A stretch of 62,939 bases of DNA, the filler included. It is 18 parts of 18 records of this genome, joined end to end, with 100 filler letters (N's around TTAATTAATTAA, not from the genome) between each part and the next. Parts side by side here need not be neighbours in the genome. Positions count along the whole stretch, not along the records: positions 21,273 to 23,760 come from SRR11831580_529; positions 23,861 to 26,901 come from SRR11831580_606; positions 27,002 to 29,450 come from SRR11831580_635; positions 29,551 to 33,059 come from SRR11831580_636; positions 33,160 to 35,602 come from SRR11831580_641; positions 35,703 to 40,546 come from SRR11831580_689; 12 more parts are not named here. One strand, given 5' to 3'. A program made the translations under genes and the position numbers. Each line of letters begins with the position of its first letter. Positions within the stretch are counted from its first letter, which is position 1. This document shows, in pieces, positions 22,686-36,350 of the stretch. Below the pieces are notes generated by a model. That model saw only the letters and a program-made list of their open reading frames with translations. It searched no databases and had not been told where the DNA came from.

Positions 22686-23663
22686 TTACAGCAACGCAAT
22701 GGGCAGCCCATAACACACAGGCGCCGCCCCAATCAGGTGCTTGAGTTTGCACGCGCGTCTTGCCGACGGAACCACCGCAGACAGTGTGTCTGTGCGTCGC
22801 TCCTCAAGCCATGTTTGGAGGAGTTCGATAGCGAACCGATCAATGTCCGCATCCGTCACATCCCACAGGTTCCCCAGCACAGCGGGACTGTAGACAAACA
22901 ACGCAAAAGTAACATACGGTCAGTGACACCATTCCCAACGCCAATGCAAGAACCACACATAAATACGCCGAGACAGAAACATAACAGACTCTGAAACCGA
23001 TACCGCAAACCAAGAGACAGACACACACACGCACACGCACACATAAACGCAATGAGCGCGCACCATCCCGACACCAAGTAGCTCAGCACGGTGCCCCAGG
23101 GCTCGAACATGCCCTCCCCGACAGCTTGGCACTGCTGCAGCCTACGAGGATGGAGGCCGCCCGCGACTGCACACGCTGAATGCGCTCTGCAGAACAGATC
23201 TGCTCCCCGGCGTTGTGTCCAAAGTATCTGCCACAGAGGTGATAAGCATGGGAGCGAAGTTGAGAATCAATCTCGCGCGGAGCAATATACATACAGACAC
23301 CAATACTCTTCCCCCTCCACAATTTAAATTATACGTACAGAAGCATGTCGTAACTCTGCAGCGCCTCCTGATACTGTTCGGATGACGGGGCTGCCCCAAG
23401 AACACCACGCCACTCGGACCGCCTGCACGCAGCGTGTCACACAGAGGATCGCTCAGCATTAACAGCAAGCCCAACTTCTTAATAAGAGAACGATCAAGGA
23501 TGATTTGGATCAAACCGAAGCGAGTGTGTTGTGTGGTTTTTCTTTCACATGGACGTACCGATGAAGAAGAGAGAGCGAGAACTTGCTCTGTGTGTTGCGC
23601 AAATCCCCGCCCGGGTTCACCACATAGTACGTATGTTGTGGATTCACGGCCTTTTGCTCCGCT
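22686..23663 (-). CDS. Separase (peptidase C50) C-terminal catalytic domain, 5' truncated, intron-containing
   Basis: YYVVNPGGDLRNTQ, YFGHNAG (His), GCSS (Cys), GNLWDVTDADIDRF, LIGAAPVCYGLP; one probable homopolymer frameshift at 23116-23119. Confidence 0.9.
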
Positions 23664-23860
23664 CTACACACAGTCTCAACAATCAGCAACTAGCGCACAG
23701 ACACATCCCCGCACCCAACAGCATGTAAAAAAAACCACAGTCCCCACACACGCATTTCCCNNNNNNNNNNNNNNNNNNNNNNNNNNNNNNNNNNNNNNNN
23801 NNNNTTAATTAATTAANNNNNNNNNNNNNNNNNNNNNNNNNNNNNNNNNNNNNNNNNNNN

Positions 23861-23885
23861 ATGTATGCTATACGAAGTTATTACG
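23861..23885 (+). other. 454 Titanium paired-end linker remnant (loxP-derived)
   Basis: ATGTATGCTATACGAAGTTATTACG at contig start; same sequence at 33160-33185 and 56617-56641. Confidence 0.9.
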
Positions 23886-23890
23886 TATTA

Positions 23891-26557
23891 ATGGAACCTT
23901 TTAAATATATATGCCATTACTGGGGAAAATCCTCAAAAAGCTTGACGAAAGGAAATGATATTCATCTGTTAATTTATCATTGCCTTGATGTTGCTGCTGT
24001 TGCAGATTGCTGGTGGGATCAATCAGTCGTACTGCAAAATACTTTTTGCCGAAATGAAATGCTATCAAAACAGAGGGTGAAGGCCTGGCTGTTATTTTTC
24101 ATTGCTCTTCATGATATTGGAAAGTTTGATATACGATTCCAATATAAATCAGCAGAAAGTTGGCTGAAATTAAATCCTGCAACGCCATCACTTAATGGTC
24201 CATCAACACAAATGTGCCGTAAATTTAATCATGGTGCAGCCGGTCTGTATTGGTTTAACCAGGATTCACTTTCAGAGCAATCTCTCGGGGATTTTTTCAG
24301 TTTTTTTGATGCCGCTCCTCATCCTTATGAGTCCTGGTTTCCATGGGTAGAGGCCGTTACAGGACATCATGGTTTTATATTACATTCCCAGGATCAAGAT
24401 AAGTCGCGTTGGGAAATGCCAGCTTCTCTGGCATCTTATGCTGCGCAAGATAAACAGGCTCGTGAGGAGTGGATATCTGTACTGGAAGCATTATTTTTAA
24501 CGCCAGCGGGGTTATCTATAAACGATATACCACCTGATTGTTCATCACTGTTAGCAGGTTTTTGCTCGCTTGCTGACTGGTTAGGCTCCTGGACTACAAC
24601 GAATACCTTTCTGTTTAATGAGGATGCGCCTTCCGACATAAATGCTCTGAGAACGTATTTCCAGGACCGACAGCAGGATGCGAGCCGGGTATTGGAGTTG
24701 AGTGGACTTGTATCAAATAAGCGATGTTATGAAGGTGTTCATGCACTACTGGACAATGGCTATCAACCCAGACAATTACAGGTGTTAGTTGATGCTCTTC
24801 CAGTAGCTCCCGGGCTGACGGTAATAGAGGCACCTACAGGCTCCGGTAAAACGGAAACAGCGCTGGCCTATGCTTGGAAACTTATTGATCAACAAATTGC
24901 GGATAGTGTTATTTTTGCCCTCCCAACACAAGCTACCGCGAATGCTATGCTTACGAGAATGGAAGCGAGCGCGAGCCACTTATTTTCATCCCCAAATCTT
25001 ATTCTTGCTCATGGCAATTCACGGTTTAACCACCTCTTTCAATCAATAAAATCACGCGCGATTACTGAACAGGGGCAAGAAGAAGCGTGGGTTCAGTGTT
25101 GTCAGTGGTTGTCACAAAGCAATAAGAAAGTGTTTCTTGGGCAAATCGGCGTTTGCACGATTGATCAGGTGTTGATATCGGTATTGCCAGTTAAACACCG
25201 CTTTATCCGTGGTTTGGGAATTGGTCGAAGTGTTTTAATTGTTGATGAAGTTCATGCTTACGACACCTATATGAACGGCTTGCTGGAGGCAGTGCTCAAG
25301 GCTCAGGCTGATGTGGGAGGGAGTGTTATTCTTCTTTCCGCAACCCTACCAATGAAACAAAAACAGAAACTTCTGGATACTTATGGTCTGCATACAGATC
25401 CAGTGGAAAATAACTCCGCATATCCACTCATTAACTGGCGAGGTGTGAATGGTGCGCAACGTTTTGATCTGCTAGCTCATCCAGAACAACTCCCGCCCCG
25501 CTTTTCGATTCAGCCAGAACCTATTTGTTTAGCTGACATGTTACCTGACCTTACGATGTTAGAGCGAATGATCGCAGCGGCAAACGCGGGTGCACAGGTC
25601 TGTCTTATTTGCAATTTGGTTGACGTTGCACAAGTATGCTACCAACGGCTAAAGGAGCTAAATAACACGCAAGTAGATATAGATTTGTTTCATGCGCGCT
25701 TTACGCTGAACGATCGTCGTGAAAAAGAGAATCGAGTTATTAGCAATTTCGGCAAAAATGGGAAGCGAAATGTTGGACGGATACTTGTCGCAACCCAGGT
25801 CGTGGAACAATCACTCGACGTTGATTTTGATTGGTTAATTACTCAGCATTGTCCTGCAGATTTGCTTTTCCAACGATTGGGCCGTTTACATCGCCATCAT
25901 CGCAAATATCGTCCCGCTGGTTTTGAGATTCCTGTTGCCACCATTTTGCTGCCTGATGGCGAGGGTTACGGACGACATGAGCATATTTATAGCAACGTTA
26001 GAGTCATGTGGCGGACGCAGCAACATATTGAGGAGCTTAATGGAGCATCCTTATTTTTCCCTGATGCTTACCGGCAATGGCTGGATAGCATTTACGATGA
26101 TGCGGAAATGGATGAGCCAGAATGGGTCGGCAATGGCATGGATAAATTTGAAAGCGCCGAGTGTGAAAAAAGGTTCAAGGCTCGCAAGGTCCTGCAGTGG
26201 GCTGAAGAATATAGCTTGCAGGATAACGATGAAACCATTCTTGCGGTAACGAGGGATGGGGAAATGAGCCTGCCATTATTGCCTTATGTACAAACGTCTT
26301 CAGGTAAACAACTGCTCGATGGCCAGGTCTACGAGGACCTAAGTCATGAACAGCAGTATGAGGCGCTTGCACTTAATCGCGTCAATGTACCCTTCACCTG
26401 GAAACGTAGTTTTTCTGAAGTAGTAGATGAAGATGGGTTACTTTGGCTGGAAGGGAAACAGAATCTGGATGGATGGGTCTGGCAGGGTAACAGTATTGTT
26501 ATTACCTATACAGGGGATGAAGGGATGACCAGAGTCATCCCTGCAAATCCCAAATAA
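23891..26557 (+). CDS. cas3: Type I-E CRISPR-associated nuclease/helicase Cas3
   Basis: HD domain (HCLDVA, HDIGK), APTGSGKT, DEVH, QRLGRLHR; 888 aa from MEPFKY. Confidence 0.98.
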   Translation: MEPFKYICHYWGKSSKSLTKGNDIHLLIYHCLDVAAVADCWWDQSVVLQNTFCRNEMLSKQRVKAWLLFFIALHDIGKFDIRFQYKSAESWLKLNPATPSLNGPSTQMCRKFNHGAAGLYWFNQDSLSEQSLGDFFSFFDAAPHPYESWFPWVEAVTGHHGFILHSQDQDKSRWEMPASLASYAAQDKQAREEWISVLEALFLTPAGLSINDIPPDCSSLLAGFCSLADWLGSWTTTNTFLFNEDAPSDINALRTYFQDRQQDASRVLELSGLVSNKRCYEGVHALLDNGYQPRQLQVLVDALPVAPGLTVIEAPTGSGKTETALAYAWKLIDQQIADSVIFALPTQATANAMLTRMEASASHLFSSPNLILAHGNSRFNHLFQSIKSRAITEQGQEEAWVQCCQWLSQSNKKVFLGQIGVCTIDQVLISVLPVKHRFIRGLGIGRSVLIVDEVHAYDTYMNGLLEAVLKAQADVGGSVILLSATLPMKQKQKLLDTYGLHTDPVENNSAYPLINWRGVNGAQRFDLLAHPEQLPPRFSIQPEPICLADMLPDLTMLERMIAAANAGAQVCLICNLVDVAQVCYQRLKELNNTQVDIDLFHARFTLNDRREKENRVISNFGKNGKRNVGRILVATQVVEQSLDVDFDWLITQHCPADLLFQRLGRLHRHHRKYRPAGFEIPVATILLPDGEGYGRHEHIYSNVRVMWRTQQHIEELNGASLFFPDAYRQWLDSIYDDAEMDEPEWVGNGMDKFESAECEKRFKARKVLQWAEEYSLQDNDETILAVTRDGEMSLPLLPYVQTSSGKQLLDGQVYEDLSHEQQYEALALNRVNVPFTWKRSFSEVVDEDGLLWLEGKQNLDGWVWQGNSIVITYTGDEGMTRVIPANPK

Positions 26558-26901
26558 CTTCGGGAATGATTGTTATCAATGACGATAATAAGACCAATAA
26601 CGGTTTATCCCTACTTAAGTAGGGAAGGTGCACAATGTACATCTTCTTTTAATTTCCCGGTATGAGATTTTATATTCACAGTATGAATATTTTATGTAAT
26701 AAAATTCATGGTAATTATTATAACTAAAAGTTTCTTTAATAATAAAACGAATAACTTGCAGATTTGAAATGCATGCATTATTGTCTTTAAACAATTCAAC
26801 ACATCTTAATATATGTATAGGTTAATTGTATTAAACCAATGAATATATTTTTGCAGTGAATGTGATTATTGAATTAATTACGCCGTATTTTTCTTTGTTT
26901 T
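26558..26901 (+). promoter_or_regulatory. AT-rich cas3-casA intergenic region (Cascade promoter; H-NS/LeuO controlled in K-12)
   Basis: Very AT-rich non-coding DNA after cas3; the regulatory role is from prior knowledge of the K-12 locus. Confidence 0.7.
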
Positions 26902-27074
26902 NNNNNNNNNNNNNNNNNNNNNNNNNNNNNNNNNNNNNNNNNNNNTTAATTAATTAANNNNNNNNNNNNNNNNNNNNNNNNNNNNNNNNNNNNNNNNNNN
27001 NGGAGCATTGTTCGGCCAGATTGCTGGCATAATGCCCCGTAAAGTTATAGAAACTCACGACGGGGTTTGCGTAG

Positions 27075-29450
27075 ATGCGTGGTGGTTGTGACCAACCCGA
27101 GCCCTGCCCTTGCTGGTGCCGAAACCAAGGCGAAGAACGACTGGCCGCTGGTACGAAGTCAACATTATTGTTGCGCACTGTGCTATCTGCGCGTGTGTGT
27201 TGTCAGGCCACCCACATCCCAGTGACCTCGCATTCATCTCTCACCTGTACCTGTCTGTGTGTGTTGTATTCCATGCAGGCTGCGATCTCCGGTGCAGGTG
27301 TGCTGGACGGCGAATTCATCGACTCCGTCTCCAACGCCTCGCTGCGCTTGAATTACCGCCGCACACACTTTGCCACCAGCACCATTCCGCTCACGTTCGG
27401 CTCATCCGACCGCCTTCCCGCTGTGATGCACGGGATGAGCGTGAACGAGTTTGTGCGGTCCGTGTCGACCAGCGTGCGAGCCGCCAACAAGCTGCTGATG
27501 GGAAACAACGTGCTGACAGGGCTGCCCTGGAACTACGACCTATTCGATGTCATGGTACGCGGCGGGTTCAGCGCGGTAGAGCCACGGTTATGTTTGAATT
27601 CTGTTCGTTTCGGCAGATTTTGGCCATTCGGATTTTGGATCATCCTCACATGATAACAATGTGAAACGTACGTAGGGCGCGGAGGTCTCGGGCTGGATGC
27701 AGTCTGGCTCCTTCACACCGGCCGACATCACCACGCTGAGCTACTGGCGTGCGCTGTCGTACCAGAAGCCGTTCGCCATCTTGGTGAACGATGACTACTC
27801 CACGATGACGCTGAGCAACGTGGAGAGCTTCTTCCAGACGTGTCTCTTCTATGGATTCTACCCGTCCTTCTTCTCGCAGACTCGTACGTGTTTCGGGTGC
27901 ACGCTGTGTGCACGCACGTTGATGCTGACGACCTGTGTTGTGTCGTGTAGCAACCTCCAACACGTATTGGGCGTCGTCGCTCTACACTCGTGACCGCATC
28001 CTCTTCAAGAAGTATATCCCGCTAATCAAGCAAGTGGACGCACAAGGCTGGCAGCCCATCTCATACGCCACCACGAACGACACCGACGTTGCAGTCGAGC
28101 GCTGGGGCGCGGGTGGTCCGGCATCGGTCAGTTATTTGACAGTGCGTAACTTTGGCACGAGTCTGGTGTACGTGAACGTCACCCTGGACGTCGGCGCCGC
28201 GGACATCTACGACTGGGCGCTGACGAGCGGCGTGTCATCCGCATCGATCGTTTCCAACAGTCAGAACGTGGGTGTGCGCAACACGGAATGGGTGGTACTC
28301 AAGCTGGGTCCTCAGAGCACAGAGGTGCTCACTGTGCGCGGCGGCACCGGTACGAGAGCCAGCGTGTCTGTCTCTACCTTTGCGATATGTTTATGTGTTT
28401 GGTGGCCACTACTCTGTTTGTAAATGCTGTGCCCGATTGAGCAGTATTGTGGTCGCTCGTTTCTTATCGATGTCGACCTCTGTGCAGCTCCACCGCCCGC
28501 CGTTACTGCCTTCGCGCCGAGCTTCGGTGTACTTGGCGGCGGATACACCGTCGAAATCACAGGCACATCCATGGGCAGCGGCTTTGACATCACCTCGGTC
28601 ACTCTGGCTGGTGTTCCTGCCACCATCCTCTCGCAGACACAGCTCAAGGTGGTGGTGCGGGCAGGCGCGGCCCCTGCTGTGACCAGCGGCAACGTGGAGG
28701 TCCGTTCTACTAGCAAAGGCGTTGTCACCGCTACGACTCCATTCGCATATGTATCGGGTACGTGCGGCACCGCGTGTCGTATTTCGTTCTGTCCGCTCGC
28801 TGTTCGTGCGTGTGTGGGTGGCTGCAGTCGTTTGCGTGCACGCGTGTGTTTGTATGTTTTCACTAAAGGTTGCTGTGCAGATGCCACCATCAATAGCGTC
28901 TTCCCCTACGCCGTCATGGCGTCCGGTGGCGAGCGGGTGACCATCTCCGGCAAGAACCTCGGCTCCGGTAACGATGTCACGCGTGTAACACTCAAGGGCG
29001 TGGCTGCGAGCATTGCCACACAGAACCAGACCCACGTGATGGTGGTGGCAGCTGCGTCCGCGGTGCCGGGCACGGGCGATGTGGTGGTGGAGTCACAGTC
29101 TCGCGGACCCACTGTCGCTGAGAACCGATTCACCTATACACCGAGTACGTGTTGTGTGATGGAACGCAGTACAGGTTTTGTGCTGACAGTGCGTGTTGTG
29201 TGCGGCTGCAGTCATTGTACCGGAGATCACAGACGTGAGCCCTGCCTCGGGCGCGTTTGCGGGTGGCTACCGTGTCACTATCACCGGTGCTGCCATGGGC
29301 AGTGGTGAAGACATCACATCCGTTACATTGAACGGTGTGAGAGCCACCATACAGGCTGGGCAGACCGCGTCGATGGTGATTGTGGTGGCAGGGGCTGCTA
29401 CAACATCGGGCACTGGGAATGTGGTGGTAACATCAACATCCAAGGGGGCA
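27075..29450 (+). CDS. Intron-containing eukaryotic gene: unassigned globular domain followed by at least 3 IPT/TIG domains; truncated at both ends
   Basis: Exons 27075-27150, 27279-27554, 27676-27883, 27951-28349, 28488-28757, 28881-29144, 29212-end splice in frame; three repeats of P..G...GG..V.I.G..(L/M)GSG.D(I/V)T.VTL.GV.A.I. Confidence 0.8.
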
Positions 29451-29550
29451 NNNNNNNNNNNNNNNNNNNNNNNNNNNNNNNNNNNNNNNNNNNNTTAATT
29501 AATTAANNNNNNNNNNNNNNNNNNNNNNNNNNNNNNNNNNNNNNNNNNNN

Positions 29551-30589
29551 CCAGCACCAGCGCCGCCATATGCAGGCAGTCCAGCCAGGTATCGAGCGCG
29601 TCGAACAGACCTTCTTTGTCTTCCTGCATATCTTTGTTGTAAGCCAGCGGCAAACCTTTCAGCGTCATCATCATGCCGGTTAACGCCCCCTGCACCCGGC
29701 CGCATTTACCGCGAATCAGCTCCAGCGCATCCGGGTTTTTCTTCTGCGGCATTAATGATGAACCGGAAGTCACGCGGTCAGAAAGCTCCACAAACCCCGC
29801 TTCGCCGGTGTTAAAGAAAATCAGATCTTCAGCAAAACGCGACAGATGCACCATGCCGATAGCGGCAGCAGAAAGCAGTTCCAACACATGGTCACGGTCA
29901 GAAACGCTGTCGAGACTGTTACGGGTCGCCGAAGCAAAGCCCAGCCAGCCTGCTAACTGTTCACGGTCGATTTCATAGGCCGTTCCCGCCAGCGCGCCAC
30001 AGCCTAGCGGGCTGACATCCAGACGCTTAAGCGCATCCTGCAAACGGCTTTCATCACGCGCCAGCATCTCAACATAGGCCAGGCACCAGTGCGCGAACGT
30101 CACCGGCTGGGCGCGTTGCAGGTGAGTGTAACCTGGCATTACCGCGTCCTGATTGTTTTGTGCGGTTTCCACCAGCGCCGATTGCAGCTGCCGGTTAGCC
30201 GTCAGTAACTCGCTAACGGTATCTTTGCACCACAGTTTCAGGTCAGTCGCTACCTGATCATTACGGCTACGCCCGGTATGCAGCTTTTTGCCTAACTGGC
30301 CCACTTTGTCGATCAGTTTGCCTTCCACCCAGCTATGGATATCTTCGGCGTCGCTTTCAAGGATTTGTTGTGGCCTGGCGCGAACATCTTCCAGCAACAC
30401 GTTCAGCGCCTCTTCCAGTTGCGCCTGCTCTTCTGCGGTTAACACGCCTACCGTGACCAGGGCTTTGGACCAGGCCACAGAGCCAACAATATCCTGCTCC
30501 GCCAGACGGTAATCAAAGCGCAGTGAGTCGTTGAATTGTTTGAACCGTTGATCTGCTGCCTGGGTAAAACGCCCGCCCCAAAGTGCCAT
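29551..30589 (-). CDS. argH: Argininosuccinate lyase (3' truncated)
   Basis: [20 protein letters not shown]. Confidence 0.98.
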
Positions 30590-30649
30590 AACTCTGTTTC
30601 CTTATTTTGAAATTCAATGCCGGAAAGCTGCGCCTCCGGCCAACAAAAC

Positions 30650-31426
30650 TTAAGCTAAAATCCGCGTACCCATCGGCATACCGTTAAACAGTGCCGGAAG
30701 CTGCTCCGCATGACGCCAGGAGGCGATATCTACCGGACGGCCCAGCGTGCGGGCCGCATCCAGCGCCGCGTTCACTTTCACTATCATGCCGTCAGTAATA
30801 ATGCCCTGCTCAATCAGTTGTTCTGCTTTCGCGGCGGTCATTTCGGCAATGCGTTGCCCTTTGCCGTCGAGAATGCCGCTGACGTCGGAGAGCAAAATCA
30901 GATCCGCGCCCAGCGTTGCCGCCAGCGCCGTTGCCGCCTGGTCGGCATTGACGTTCATCAGTTGCCCTTCGTCTGTTACGCCAATGGAGCTGACCACCGG
31001 CAGATAACCGTTCTCCAGCAAGGAGTTGATAAGCTTAGGCGAACCTGGCTGCGCCAGTCCAACATGACCTAACTCTTCATCAAGCTGGGTCACTTTGACG
31101 CTGTCGCCGTCACCGAGAAACAAACCTACGGCCGCAATCTGATGTTTCTTCGCCCATGCCAACAGGGTTTTATTTGCCGTTCCCGCCAGTGCTCCGGTGA
31201 TAATGTCTATCTGATCAGCAGGCGTCACCCGCAGGCCGTTTTTCTTTTTCACCGGCAGATTCAGCCCTTTCATCAGCTCATCCACCACGCAACCGCCGCC
31301 GTGCACAATCACCAGCGGACGCTGATGTGACTCACGATAATTCACCAGTGCGCTAAACAGACGTTCCAGCGCCTCTTCACTATCCAGCAGTACGCCGCCC
31401 AGTTTGATAATTAATGGATTCATCAT
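30650..31426 (-). CDS. argB: Acetylglutamate kinase
   Basis: IIKLGG, VHGGG, NVNAD. Confidence 0.98.
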
Positions 31427-31433
31427 TGCACCC

Positions 31434-32438
31434 TTAAATAAGAGACTGCGTTTCCGCATAGCCGAAACGAATATTGGCGCACTGTACCGCTTGTGCCGCC
31501 GCGCCTTTCAGTAAGTTGTCTTCGGTCGCCACAATAATCAGATGCTCGCCCTGAACGGCAAACCCGATATCGCAAAATGGCAGCCCAACGACATTTTTCA
31601 GCGCCGGAACGCCTTTGTCATACAGCCGCACCAGCGGTTTATGGGCATACGCCTGCTGTAACACTTGCGCGACTTGCGCCTGGGTCACACCCGATTTCAG
31701 GCGGCAGGTAATGGTTTCGAGAATGCCGCGCGGGAAATTGCCCAGATGTGGGGTGAAGATAACGTCAGCACCGAGGTGTGTGGCGATCTCTGGTTGATGG
31801 CGATGAGTAAAGACGCCATACGGTTGCAGGCTAACTTCACAAAAGCTGTTTGAAATGGCCGCTTTACGCCCTGCACCGCTCACGCCGCTGGTGGCGTTGA
31901 TCACCGGCCACTGATTGAGGTCAAGAAGATCGGCATCAATCAACGGTTTCAGCGCCAGCTGTGCCGCCGTCGGATAACAGCCCGGCACCGCAATCAAATT
32001 CGCTTCTTTTAATTTATTACCGCACCACTCCGCCAGACCGTAGGCTGCCTGTTCCAACAGTTCCGGGTATTGATGGGTAAAGCCGTAATATTTTTCATAG
32101 AAGGTGGCGTCGTTAACACGAAACGCGCCGGAAAGGTCGAACACCACGCAGCCCGCTTCAAGAAACTGCGGCGCTAAATCGTGGCTAACTTCATGGGCGG
32201 TGGCGAGAAACACTACGTCCACCCCTGGGCTAAACTCGCTGATATCCGACATCGGCTGCAACGGCAGATCAACGATGCCTTTTAGCTGCGGATGCAAATC
32301 GGAGATTAACTTTCCCGCATCATTGCTTTGCGCTGAAACAGTCAAAGCGGTTATGTTCATATGCGGATGGCGATTTACATAGGTCACTAGCTCTGCGCCA
32401 GCGTAGCCGCTGGCACCCACAATCAGCGTATTCAACAT
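31434..32438 (-). CDS. argC: N-acetyl-gamma-glutamyl-phosphate reductase
   Basis: [21 protein letters not shown]. Confidence 0.98.
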
Positions 32439-32525
32439 CGGGGCTATTCACCTTCTTATGTCTGGTTGCCAGGTTAAACGTAAAACATTCACCTTACGGC
32501 TGGTGGGTTTTATTACGCTCAACGT

Positions 32526-32570
32526 TAGTGTATTTTTATTCATAAATACTGCATGAATATTGATACTATC
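32526..32570. promoter_or_regulatory. Tandem ARG boxes in the divergent argE/argC control region
   Basis: AGTGTATTTTTATTCATA and CATGAATATTGATACT resemble the ArgR consensus TGAATwwwwATTCA. Confidence 0.65.
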
Positions 32571-32591
32571 ATGACCAGAGGTGTGTCAACA

Positions 32592-33059
32592 ATGAAAAAC
32601 AAATTACCGCCATTTATCGAGATTTACCGCGCTCTGATTGCCACACCTTCAATAAGCGCCACGGAAGAGGCACTCGATCAAAGCAATGCAGATTTAATCA
32701 CTCTGCTGGCGGACTGGTTTAAAGATTTGGGCTTCAATGTGGAAGTGCAGCCTGTTCCAGGAACTCGCAACAAATTCAATATGCTGGCAAGTATCGGACA
32801 GGGGGCTGGCGGCTTGTTGCTGGCGGGGCATACCGATACGGTGCCATTTGATGACGGTCGCTGGACGCGCGATCCGTTTACACTGACGGAGCATGACGGC
32901 AAGCTTTACGGCTTAGGCACCGCCGACATGAAAGGCTTTTTTGCGTTTATCCTTGATGCGCTACGCGATGTCGACGTCACGAAACTGAAAAAACCGCTCT
33001 ACATTCTGGCGACTGCTGATGAAGAAACCAGTATGGCCGGAGCGCGTTATTTTGCCGAA
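32592..33059 (+). CDS. argE: Acetylornithine deacetylase (3' truncated)
   Basis: [20 protein letters not shown]. Confidence 0.97.
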
Positions 33060-33159
33060 NNNNNNNNNNNNNNNNNNNNNNNNNNNNNNNNNNNNNNNNN
33101 NNNTTAATTAATTAANNNNNNNNNNNNNNNNNNNNNNNNNNNNNNNNNNNNNNNNNNNN

Positions 33160-33185
33160 AATGTATGCTATACGAAGTTATTACG
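33160..33185 (+). other. 454 paired-end linker remnant
   Basis: AATGTATGCTATACGAAGTTATTACG at contig start. Confidence 0.9.
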
Positions 33186-35602
<2,417 letters not shown>

Positions 35603-36002
35603 NNNNNNNNNNNNNNNNNNNNNNNNNNNNNNNNNNNNNNNNNNNNTTAATTAATTAANNNNNNNNNNNNNNNNNNNNNNNNNNNNNNNNNNNNNNNNNN
35701 NNTGTGGCTTTATTTTTAACAAAATAATAACCCTGGGTGAGTTAATTATAATATAATTATAAGTTAACTAAATGTTAATATTGGCGGGGTGGATTTATGC
35801 CTTTATTAGTAATCCTGAAACTCTGCGTCGTATTAGCCAGTGACCAAAAAAAGAATTAAGGTCAACCGTGCTGTTTTTGCTTCGTCTCTTTTTATCTTTA
35901 ATTGCCAACCGAAACTAATTTCAGCCTTATAACTCACACATTTTAAACATAAATGTCACTAAAGTTACCTTATTGAAACATGATTAACATAATTTGTAGG
36001 AA

Positions 36003-36016
36003 TTGATATTTATCAA
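36003..36016. promoter_or_regulatory. FNR box upstream of cydA
   Basis: Perfect TTGAT-N4-ATCAA; a second imperfect site at 36055-36068. Confidence 0.85.
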
Positions 36017-36350
36017 TGTATAAGTCTTGGAAATGGGCATCAAAAAGAGATAAATTGTTCTCGATCAAATTGGCTGAAAGGCGGTAATTTAGCTATAAAT
36101 TGATCACCGTCGAAAAATGCAAATTTGCTTCAACAAAAACCTGTTTATTGTAAGGATTTTGCGGCGTAATATATACGTGGGATCAATTTGAGTTTTTATT
36201 AACATGTTTGCAACCTTTCTTTACGCCGTTTTTGTGTGCATTCACATGGTATGATGAAAGTGTTCAAACAAATTTCTATTGGGGCATGCGTGTGACCCTT
36301 TCTAACGGGGTTCACTCTCGGAGTCTTCATGCGATGAGCAAGGAGTCATG

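Noticed and set aside
23861-26901. Orphan or floxed cas3 as a novel or engineered CRISPR system next to eukaryotic genes
   Set aside because: It is the ordinary K-12 cas3. The contig ends before casA, no CRISPR array is present, the loxP piece is a library linker, and the neighbours lie across artificial spacers.
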